This document shows positions 1 to 8,183 of a DNA stretch of 64,000 nucleotides, piece by piece. The translations under genes and the position numbers were made by a program. Source of the DNA: Candidatus Dojkabacteria bacterium (lineage in GTDB: Bacteria > Patescibacteriota > Dojkabacteria > SC72); the NCBI GenBank assembly GCA_050950165.1, contig JBMNHC010000001.1:124673-188672 (forward strand). The letters are read 5' to 3'. How positions within the stretch are numbered: the first letter of the stretch is position 1; every line of letters begins with the position of its first letter. Below the pieces are notes generated by a model. It did not search any database. It was not told where the DNA came from and worked only from the letters and a program-made list of their open reading frames with translations.

Positions 1-1790
1 GTAAGTTAGTATTTGATAGAAATGGGAATCCTTCTTCTACTAGATTTGCTATTCAAGATAGCATTAGTGGTAAGTATATAGACTACAGTACGAAAACATT
101 GGTTGACAATGTTGTGTGGGGGACATACAACTCATGGGGAGCAACAAATGGGTTACTAATATCTACTTTGGATCCAGGAGTACAGTATACATTTAGGATA
201 AAGGCTATAAACGGTGCAAATGTAGAAACGAACTTCGTAGAAGGAAATACAGGAGCTACATACTCAATAATATTAAATAAAGCAGAGGGCATTGAAACAG
301 TTTTAGTAGATGATAAGGATGTAGATGTTAGCAATACAAGTGGAGCACAAACAGGAGAGCAAAAGATCAGAGTATTACAAGAAAATTACATAGTAGCAGA
401 CGTTCCAATATCTTTTAGTCAAAACAGAGATTGGAGTAATGCTGTTATAGAGAGTTCCATCTTGGAAGGTAAGTCTGTAGTAAAGTTAGATGATTCCCAC
501 GGTCTTTCAGGAACATTTACAATGTATGTTATAAAGAAAGAAAAGGATAACAGTTTTAGAATATGTCCTCATGCAAAAACATTAGCAGAGGTAAACAATA
601 CATGTCCAGAAGGAGTACTTTATACTGGTACTTTCCCCCAAAAGCTTAAAGTATTAAATAATGAGGTGACTGTATCTCAAGCATCACTTTCAGGAACTAC
701 ATATTGGATAGCAGATGGAATTAGTGGAACTGGTGGACAGGGAGAGTTTATTGACAAGACTACTACATCAACCACTAGTAGTAATCTCGTAACACAAGTT
801 ACTACATCAGTACAACAATTCTTCTCAAACACTCAAGTTCTATTAGATAAAACTGTATTGGGGAATATATCGGAAAAAGAACTAACTACAGTATCTGCAA
901 CTACTGCAGCAGTTACTGTTTCCGTTGGAGTTGTATCTGCACTAAGTGGTATACAACAAATCGGATATGGAATTTCTCAAATCTTTATTAATTTGTTTAG
1001 CTCTTTAGGCTTCAGAAGAAAGAGACATAACGCGGGATATGTTTATGATTCTGTCACAAGATCTCCAATCCAACAAGCTATAATTAGAATATATGATTCC
1101 AATCATAAGTTAATAGACACATCCGTAACAGATGGATTTGGATATTGGAGAAGTTCTGCTCCTACTGGAGAGTACACTCTTGATATTAAAAAGAGAGAGT
1201 ATATATTCCCTTCCTCTCTGATACCAGGTAAACAAGACTATCCTCTTACAAATATATACCATGGTGGCAAAATACATATGAAAGAAGGAGAGACAAATAT
1301 TGTGATTCCACTAGATCCTAACAAAGAAGTAATAGGGAAAAAGGTCTTAACTTTCTCAAGAGGGGTCTTCTCTGTTACCTTACCAATACTTAATATTGCA
1401 CTCTTTACAGCAGGTATTACAATAGCTATCTATGTATATCAAAAGAATACAAGTGTTGTTAATCTCATTATTTTACTTCTTTACATCCCAACAATATTTA
1501 CTCTAGTTCAAAGTATTTTAAACCTAAGAAGTAAAAAGGGGACTGTAAAATATTCTGATGGCACTCCTGCAACAAATATCACCTTACTTCTTAAGGAAAA
1601 GGATTTTGATAAAGTAATTTCTAAGAGGGTAACAGATGAGAAAGGTAAGTACTCTTTTGATATTCTAGAGGAAGGAAAGTACGCAATTGAAAGTGCAGAT
1701 AGTAAGATACAAATTATTGAAGGAGAAACAGAAATTATTGCTAAAAAGAGGAAAATCGTCTATAATAGGCTTATAGTAAAAAAGGTGTAA
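1..1790 (+). CDS. Large surface/membrane protein, 5'-partial: FN3-like repeat, then TM segments and carboxypeptidase-regulatory-like domains
   Basis: Frame is open from position 3 (KLVFDRNGNP...), so the gene starts before the window. LDPGVQYTFRIKAIN is FN3-like; GYVYDSVTRSPIQQAIIRIYD and TDEKGKYSF are CarboxypepD_reg-like; hydrophobic helices present. Confidence 0.75.
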   Translation, partial: KLVFDRNGNPSSTRFAIQDSISGKYIDYSTKTLVDNVVWGTYNSWGATNGLLISTLDPGVQYTFRIKAINGANVETNFVEGNTGATYSIILNKAEGIETVLVDDKDVDVSNTSGAQTGEQKIRVLQENYIVADVPISFSQNRDWSNAVIESSILEGKSVVKLDDSHGLSGTFTMYVIKKEKDNSFRICPHAKTLAEVNNTCPEGVLYTGTFPQKLKVLNNEVTVSQASLSGTTYWIADGISGTGGQGEFIDKTTTSTTSSNLVTQVTTSVQQFFSNTQVLLDKTVLGNISEKELTTVSATTAAVTVSVGVVSALSGIQQIGYGISQIFINLFSSLGFRRKRHNAGYVYDSVTRSPIQQAIIRIYDSNHKLIDTSVTDGFGYWRSSAPTGEYTLDIKKREYIFPSSLIPGKQDYPLTNIYHGGKIHMKEGETNIVIPLDPNKEVIGKKVLTFSRGVFSVTLPILNIALFTAGITIAIYVYQKNTSVVNLIILLLYIPTIFTLVQSILNLRSKKGTVKYSDGTPATNITLLLKEKDFDKVISKRVTDEKGKYSFDILEEGKYAIESADSKIQIIEGETEIIAKKRKIVYNRLIVKKV

Positions 1791-1829
1791 GCCCCATACA
1801 CTAGCACTTAATTGTAAAGTACAATAAAG

Positions 1830-3785
1830 ATGAAGGCTTCCAAGCTATTTGGGGTAGCTACAGCGTTTACTCTGTTAGGTTCCACTATATCTGGATGTGT
1901 AGAACCTAAATCTACTGAAAAAGAATCATCAGCAGAGAGTTCTTCTACAAAAGAATCTCCCATTGTAGAAACCTCTCCTATTCCTAATAATATAGGTGAA
2001 GACTTATTACCAACTATAGAGCCAGTAGATTTCTTCAACGACACGGAATTAAAATGTGAGATTCCTAAGACTGATCTTGAGCAAAAGGAATTTAACTATG
2101 AAATATTAAATATTGGAGAGTGGGCAAACTTTGAATTAGAAAATGTTGAGAAAAAAGAACCTGGTTACGGAGTAGAAATCTCAGAACAAACATCTCTCTT
2201 TATGATTCCATATAAAAGGGAAGACTATTTCTTAAATCAAAATGGAAAACTCAAAGAAATTTTTGCTCAAGAGGGAACCCCTTTTGAAATAGCAGAGATA
2301 AGGACACTCGCAGGACAAAATGGGGAGAAAGTAAATATTGGAATAATTGCAAATACATATGGTGCGGAAGTCGTTGCTGCAGTAGTTCTTGGAGCAGAAG
2401 ATAAGAATGGTACTCAGAAAAGTTTCTCTGTAGAAAGAGAGCAAAAAGACGCAAAAATTGTCACATACATTGCTACTGAAGATTTTATCTACCCTAATAA
2501 AGTAGAAAATATTCTTACTGCATTAAAAAATATCTCCATCTATCAAGATCAAAATGGTAAATTAAAAGCAGGAGAAGAGTATTCATATATAAACCTAACT
2601 GGTATTAGAGACTCTCGAACATACCAATACAAAACAGGGTTAACAAGCTTAGGTGCAGAAGTAAGAAGTGGAGGCGTATGTGCTATGTCTACAGGGATAT
2701 CATCTTTACTCTACACACAAGAAGCTGAGTACAAAATACTCGAGAGATGGGCAGAACCTAATAGATATGCACAGGGACCTTTCAGTCCGTCAGAGCAGAT
2801 TGTAGATTCTAGTGTAGATTATGACGGGAAAACCGTATACGACTTAAGATGGATACAAGGAGAAGACAAATATCTAAATGTAAATATCGCTATGTCTCCA
2901 ACAGATATACCATTTAGTCAAACATCTACTAATGGAATCGGGGGAATTTCAGATATATTTATGATTGTTTCTTTATCTTTTGAAGATAATGTTAGAGATA
3001 ATCAAACAAAATATATTGAGGATAACCTAAAAACATACCAAAACTACAGAGAATCTCAGCATTATATAAAAGTAAATAAGAATCAGATGGAAGTTAATGT
3101 TCTTAATCATGAACTATCAGAAGACTTAATTCATACTATCAACAACTTGTACAACTTTAAAGATCTTTCTCTGTTTAAAGAGAAAATTAATGAAAGCAAA
3201 GAACTACAAAGTATTCTTAAATTACAAGAAGAAGTTAACAACTACACTTCTAACTCTGGATTCCGATTAATGAACTATTTACAAATTGGAGAATGGTACA
3301 AAAATTTCCCTGAAGAGAAAGAAATTAGTAGAATATTAGAGTCATCTATTGTTGTAGGTTTAAAGTCACAACCTCTACAATGTGTTGAGTTTGTATCTAT
3401 GTTAGCAAAGCTATTTCCTAATCTCTCTATACCACACGCAGGAGCAGCTTCTGCAACAACAGCAAAGGAATTGATTCCCATAATTTTAAAGGAAGAGCGA
3501 TACACAACTGTAGCACAAACAGAGTATGGAGCTACTGCATTTGCCGGTAAATTCTCAGTTGATCAATATCAACCTGGAGATCTCTTTGTAAGAGAAGAGA
3601 GGCCTTGCGGCCATGTAGGAGTAATACTAGATAAAATCATAACAGAGAATGGCGAAGCTGTTCTTTTAGTTGCTGACTCAAACAGAGATAGTGATGGGAA
3701 AATACAAATCTTTATCGTTGATAAAAGGAATATAGAGAAAATTTTTGGAGCTGACAGAAGATATCTTATCAGAAAGAATCAGTAA
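1830..3785 (+). CDS. Lipoprotein with VanW-like domain and C-terminal CHAP/NlpC-like domain
   Basis: Lipobox TISGC; GGVCAMSTGISSLLY...DSSV...DLRW resembles VanW; QCVEFV...PGDL...GHVGVI...DSN resembles CHAP. Confidence 0.7.
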   Translation: MKASKLFGVATAFTLLGSTISGCVEPKSTEKESSAESSSTKESPIVETSPIPNNIGEDLLPTIEPVDFFNDTELKCEIPKTDLEQKEFNYEILNIGEWANFELENVEKKEPGYGVEISEQTSLFMIPYKREDYFLNQNGKLKEIFAQEGTPFEIAEIRTLAGQNGEKVNIGIIANTYGAEVVAAVVLGAEDKNGTQKSFSVEREQKDAKIVTYIATEDFIYPNKVENILTALKNISIYQDQNGKLKAGEEYSYINLTGIRDSRTYQYKTGLTSLGAEVRSGGVCAMSTGISSLLYTQEAEYKILERWAEPNRYAQGPFSPSEQIVDSSVDYDGKTVYDLRWIQGEDKYLNVNIAMSPTDIPFSQTSTNGIGGISDIFMIVSLSFEDNVRDNQTKYIEDNLKTYQNYRESQHYIKVNKNQMEVNVLNHELSEDLIHTINNLYNFKDLSLFKEKINESKELQSILKLQEEVNNYTSNSGFRLMNYLQIGEWYKNFPEEKEISRILESSIVVGLKSQPLQCVEFVSMLAKLFPNLSIPHAGAASATTAKELIPIILKEERYTTVAQTEYGATAFAGKFSVDQYQPGDLFVREERPCGHVGVILDKIITENGEAVLLVADSNRDSDGKIQIFIVDKRNIEKIFGADRRYLIRKNQ

Positions 3786-4788
3786 TATATTCCATTCCCA
3801 TTGTTTTTCTTACCTCTTTTAATGTGTCTTGTGCATTTTTCTTAGCAATTTTACTATCCTCCTCTATTTTTTTAAGAATCTCTTCCTCATCTAATGATTT
3901 TTTCTTACTCTGAAATTCTTCCAAATATTTTTTAAGTAGAGCTCCTATAAAAGATTTTAGCTCTCCCATTACATTCTCACCAGCATAATGTCTTTGCATA
4001 ATAGCGGAGATATTACTACGCTCTTCCTCTTTTGAAAGAAATTCTCCAATTAATACTAAGGTTTCTAATGTTTCTGATCTCTCACCAGCAAATGCCGTTT
4101 GTGCCTTTTTGATTTTCGAAAGAGATATCTCGATAGGGTCATCTAGTAAAATAGCACCATTTGGATCCGTCTTACTCATCTTGCCACTTCCATTTAAAGA
4201 TTTTACTCTGATAGGCTCTCCAAGTGATAAAGTTTTAGGTATAGGAAATACATCTCCATATCTTTTGTTAAACTTCTGTGCCAAGAATCTTGTCATCTCC
4301 ATATGAGCTAACTGGTCTTCTCCAACAGGTACATACTCTGTTCTTTGCAAGAGTATATCTGCTGCCATCATAATAGGATACATAGCAAGTAAGACATTAG
4401 CACTAGTCTCACTCTGTCCATGCTTAATCTTCTCTTTTAGAGTAGGAACCCTCAAAAGTTCAGCTACAGAAACAAGTCTACATAGATATATTGTCAATTC
4501 TGCTACTTCTTCTACTAACATAGATTGTATAAATATTTTGTTTTTCTTAGGATCTAGTCCTAGAGATATGTAATCTTTTACAACATCGATAACTGCCTTT
4601 TGACTATCTTTAGCCTCAGTATCAGTTAAGGCATGCAAATCAGCAACAAAAACCATACTACTTTTAATTTTTCCACTTTCTTGAAGCTTTACTATGGGAT
4701 TTACACCTCCAATTGCATTTGCAATAGTTAGACCTCCAGTAGGTCTAATACCTGTAAAAGCTTCAACTTTGTAGTCTGAATTTCCCAT
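3769..4788 (-). CDS. trpS: Tryptophan--tRNA ligase
   Basis: TGIRPTG, ADLHALT, YPIMMAADIL, VPVGEDQ and KMSK motifs. Confidence 0.96.
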   Translation of the reverse strand: MGNSDYKVEAFTGIRPTGGLTIANAIGGVNPIVKLQESGKIKSSMVFVADLHALTDTEAKDSQKAVIDVVKDYISLGLDPKKNKIFIQSMLVEEVAELTIYLCRLVSVAELLRVPTLKEKIKHGQSETSANVLLAMYPIMMAADILLQRTEYVPVGEDQLAHMEMTRFLAQKFNKRYGDVFPIPKTLSLGEPIRVKSLNGSGKMSKTDPNGAILLDDPIEISLSKIKKAQTAFAGERSETLETLVLIGEFLSKEEERSNISAIMQRHYAGENVMGELKSFIGALLKKYLEEFQSKKKSLDEEEILKKIEEDSKIAKKNAQDTLKEVRKTMGMEYITDSF

Positions 4789-4850
4789 ATTAATAATCTT
4801 AAACTAACTCCCCATTATATCATTAATTTAAATTGATATAATATAGATGT

Positions 4851-5495
4851 ATGAAATTTGAAGATTTTAAAAGTTTACAAGAAATTCATGAATATTTTGC
4901 TGTTCATAATAGTTGTAAGCTAAAGAAAAGTGCTACCCAACCTGTATATGAGATAAACCCTCCTAAAAAAGGGATTGTCTTCATTGGAGAAGCTCCTGGA
5001 CAAAATGAAGACAAGCAAGGAAAACCTTTTGTTGGTGCAGCAGGAAAACTTCTTAATGAATTACTCGAAGGTTCGGGACTTAAACGAGATGATGTCTATG
5101 TTACGAATACAGTAAAATACAGGCCACCAGCTAACAGAGAGCCTCTACCAGAAGAGAAAGAGGCATGTAGAGTATGGGTTAACTATGAACTGCTTTTCAT
5201 TAAACCAAAAGTTATTATCCCTCTTGGTAGGCATGCACTTGAGAGTTTCATTCCTGGTCTAAAAATCTCCTCTGCTCATGGACAGGTATATGAACATAAA
5301 AGTGGAATTCCCATTTTTGCCATGTATCATCCAGCTGTAGCACTTTACAATCCTACTCTGAAAGCTACCTTGATTGAAGATTTCAAAAGGTTAAAGAGAT
5401 TCCTTCAAGGAAAGATAAAGGTTGTAAAACAAGAAGATGAGGGAGATTTCTCGAAAGAGAAAGAGTCTCTTGTTGATGCTTTGCTAAAGCTTTAA
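4851..5495 (+). CDS. Uracil-DNA glycosylase family 4
   Basis: GEAPG..ED..GKPFVGAAG, KYRPP.NR and YHPA motifs. Confidence 0.93.
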   Translation: MKFEDFKSLQEIHEYFAVHNSCKLKKSATQPVYEINPPKKGIVFIGEAPGQNEDKQGKPFVGAAGKLLNELLEGSGLKRDDVYVTNTVKYRPPANREPLPEEKEACRVWVNYELLFIKPKVIIPLGRHALESFIPGLKISSAHGQVYEHKSGIPIFAMYHPAVALYNPTLKATLIEDFKRLKRFLQGKIKVVKQEDEGDFSKEKESLVDALLKL

Positions 5496-6088
5496 TTACT
5501 CCAGCCTACATCATAAAAAATCTTTTCTGCTGCGGTTTCATACTCCATAATCTCTGTTGCGTTAAACCAAAGTCCTATTTCTCTCTCAGCATTTTCTACA
5601 CTATCCGATGCGTGAAGCATAGATCTCGTAACCCTCTTTTGCTCATCTGCCAACGCAAAAGAATCTAGCGAGAAATCGGCTCTAATTGTTCCAACATCAC
5701 CATCTGCAGGACTTGTACTACCAAGCATTTTACGAACACCACTAATAACTCCAAAGCCTTGTAGCACAACAGCAATTACAGGTCCACATGTAAGATAGCT
5801 AATATTAGATTCTCTTACCCATTTACCTCTTGCTAAACTATCCCAATTAGTTACATCCTCTCCTCTTGCGATTGCACCTTTTTTTGCTTTCTCTCCTACC
5901 TCTATCAAATACTCTTTTTTATCCTCATAGTGCTTGCCTACTAGTTCTGGGCTAGGTCTTAACATCTTCATTCCTACAATCTTAAAACCTTTTCTCTCAA
6001 ACCTGCTCACTATCTCACCAACAATCTGTCTCTGGACCACATCTGGCTTGAAAATAACTAACGTCTTCTCTTTATTTTTTGCAAACAT
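5492..6088 (-). CDS. ndk: Nucleoside-diphosphate kinase
   Basis: TLVIFKPD, GTIRADF and catalytic HASDS; AGGAG upstream of the ATG. Confidence 0.95.
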   Translation of the reverse strand: MFAKNKEKTLVIFKPDVVQRQIVGEIVSRFERKGFKIVGMKMLRPSPELVGKHYEDKKEYLIEVGEKAKKGAIARGEDVTNWDSLARGKWVRESNISYLTCGPVIAVVLQGFGVISGVRKMLGSTSPADGDVGTIRADFSLDSFALADEQKRVTRSMLHASDSVENAEREIGLWFNATEIMEYETAAEKIFYDVGWSN

Positions 6089-6160
6089 ATGACTCCTACT
6101 TAATTTATTTACCCATATCTTACAACCTCTCCATTCTAAATGAAACCACTCTCGTTAATA

Positions 6161-6426
6161 AGGTGTGTCCCAGGTATGTCCCCCTGTTTTGCTTGAATAA
6201 GACCATCCTACCACGTTCGTGCGTTGTTTTCTGTTCGGTCTATCCTCAAAAAAACGGTCGGAATCGGGAATAAACTTTGTTGTCCTGCGATTTCGTGGGG
6301 ACAGACCTAGGACAGACCTGCGGTATGGGAATTGGATAAACTTTCGGGAGGGGACAGAGTTGGGACAGACCTGCGATGCGAGGAATCGGGGAAGCGATCG
6401 AAGAGGGACGGACCTGGGACAGACCT
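6161..6426. repeat. Array of 22-bp doublets of GGGACAGACCT, REP/iteron-like: three direct copies and one inverted copy
   Basis: Direct doublets at 6298-6319, 6351-6372 and 6405-6426 (53/54-bp period); inverted doublet AGGTGTGTCCC AGGTATGTCCC at 6161-6182; GC-rich island in an AT-rich genome. Confidence 0.85.
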
Positions 6427-6434
6427 GGGGTAGC

Positions 6435-6443
6435 TGGTATAAT
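6435..6443 (+). promoter_or_regulatory. Extended -10 promoter (TGnTATAAT), probably giving a leaderless Elp3 mRNA
   Basis: TGGTATAAT ends 5 nt before the ATG at 6449. Confidence 0.65.
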
Positions 6444-6448
6444 ACGGG

Positions 6449-8047
6449 ATGGATGATTTTAAAAAGATTTTTGGGGAGATAGGGAGGTTGAGGTGTTGGC
6501 GGGAGGAGAGTTTGCAACGGATTTTGAAGCGGTTTCCGAAGGAAGGTAGGGGTTTGTACAGGCATGATGAGTTGGTAGAGGCATATAGGAGGTTGGTTAA
6601 GCAAAATGTGTTGGTGAGAGATGAGGTGGTAGAGAAGCAGATTAGGATGAAGCCGACAAGGACGCTTTCGGGTGTTGCTACGGTAGCGGTGTTGATGAAG
6701 CCGTTTGGGTGTCCTGGGCAGTGCATATTCTGTCCAAATGAGCCGAATATGCCCAAATCATATATTGCTAGCGAGCCAGGAGCTCAAAGAGCTTCAAAAC
6801 ATGGTTTTGATCCTTTTGCTCAGGTATACAACCGTATTAAAGCACTACAAAATATTGGGCATAATACGGATAAGGTGGAGTTAATAATTTTGGGTGGTAC
6901 ATGCTCTGTATATCCAGAACGATATATTGTCTGGTTTGTTAAAAGATGTTTTGATGCGATGAACAGTTTTGGTACATCCCGCTATAACACCGAAGACGAA
7001 GGAATTGAGGCAATAACATGGGAAAAACTTCTTGAAGTCCAAAAAATAAACGAAACAGAAGTTTGTAGAAATGTAGGGGTAGTCTTAGAAACAAGGCCTG
7101 ATTACATAACGGAGGAAGAAGTCAGAAGACTACGAAGACTAGGAGCAACAAAAGTACAGATAGGGATACAAAGCCTCAATAACAAAATACTAAGAGAAAA
7201 TAGGAGGGGGCACACTACTAAAGAAACGAAAGAGGCATTTAAACTGCTTAGATTGGCAGGTTTCAAGATACACGCTCACTGGATGCCTAATCTCTTCGGT
7301 TCTACTGTTAAAAAAGATATAAGGGATTTCAAACGGCTATGGAAAAAAGAGTACCTTCCTGATGAACTAAAAATCTACCCTACTTCGATAATAAAAAATA
7401 CATTACTAGAACAATATTACCAAGATGGTAAATACAAACCATATACAAAAGAAGAGCTACTCTCTCTTTTTGTAAACATACTACCTAAAACTCCAAGATT
7501 TGTTAGGTTAACCAGAATCATTAGAGATATTCCTTCTAATGAGATAGTGGATGGAAATAAACTTACTAACTTCAGAGAGATAGCCGAAAAAGAAATCAAA
7601 AAACTTAATAAAAAGATTCAGGATATTAGAAGCAGAGAGATAAGGGGAGAGAAAATTACATGGAATAATATAGAATTGGAAACTATCAAATACAAAACGA
7701 CAGTATCAACAGAGTACTTCATTTCATACAAAACAAAAGATACAGATAAGATATGTGCTTTCCTAAGACTCTCCATACCAAAAGTTAAACCTTTTATAAA
7801 AGAGATATCGGACTCTACCATGATTAGAGAGGTACATGTATATGGGCCTCTTGTTAATATAGGGGAAGATGGTGGTGGGCAATCACAACATTCAGGGCTA
7901 GGTAAAAGAATGATAGAGATAGCTCAGCAGATATCTTTAGATAGAGGTTTTCAAAAGATGTCAGTAATATCTGCAGTAGGTACTAAGGAGTATTACAGAA
8001 AGAGAGGGTTTAAGGATAATGGTCTTTACATGACCAAAGAAGTCTAG
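6449..8047 (+). CDS. elp3: Elp3-type tRNA U34 acetyltransferase (radical SAM + GNAT)
   Basis: KPTRTLSGVATVAV, CPGQCIFCP, ETRPD, LKIYPT, REVHVYG and QHSGLGK..YYRKRG. Confidence 0.92.
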   Translation: MDDFKKIFGEIGRLRCWREESLQRILKRFPKEGRGLYRHDELVEAYRRLVKQNVLVRDEVVEKQIRMKPTRTLSGVATVAVLMKPFGCPGQCIFCPNEPNMPKSYIASEPGAQRASKHGFDPFAQVYNRIKALQNIGHNTDKVELIILGGTCSVYPERYIVWFVKRCFDAMNSFGTSRYNTEDEGIEAITWEKLLEVQKINETEVCRNVGVVLETRPDYITEEEVRRLRRLGATKVQIGIQSLNNKILRENRRGHTTKETKEAFKLLRLAGFKIHAHWMPNLFGSTVKKDIRDFKRLWKKEYLPDELKIYPTSIIKNTLLEQYYQDGKYKPYTKEELLSLFVNILPKTPRFVRLTRIIRDIPSNEIVDGNKLTNFREIAEKEIKKLNKKIQDIRSREIRGEKITWNNIELETIKYKTTVSTEYFISYKTKDTDKICAFLRLSIPKVKPFIKEISDSTMIREVHVYGPLVNIGEDGGGQSQHSGLGKRMIEIAQQISLDRGFQKMSVISAVGTKEYYRKRGFKDNGLYMTKEV

Positions 8048-8064
8048 AGAATTATAAGGAAATA

Positions 8065-8137
8065 TGGGTGTACAGGGGCTCGAACCCTGAACCTAACGGT
8101 TAAGAGCCGTTTGCTCTACCAGTTGAGCTACACACCC
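8065..8137 (-). tRNA. tRNA-Lys(CTT), CCA not encoded
   Basis: Reverse complement GGGTGTGTAGCTCAACTGGTAGAGCA AACGG-CTCTTAA-CCGTT AGGTT CAGGG-TTCGAGC-CCCTG TACACCCA folds as a cloverleaf. Confidence 0.96.
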
Positions 8138-8183
8138 ATTTCAGTTAAGCATAATATCATATAGAAAGGAGATTTTTCAATAC

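Noticed and set aside
6298-6426. Repeat array as a mini-CRISPR
   Set aside because: The repeats are internally tandem and degenerate, the spacers resemble each other, an inverted copy exists, and no cas gene is in the window.
6155-6756. ORFs 6155-6604(-), 6219-6482(+) and 6307-6756(-) over the repeat array
   Set aside because: They arise from local GC richness and repeat translation (GDRP, GQT) or lie antisense to Elp3; no protein features.
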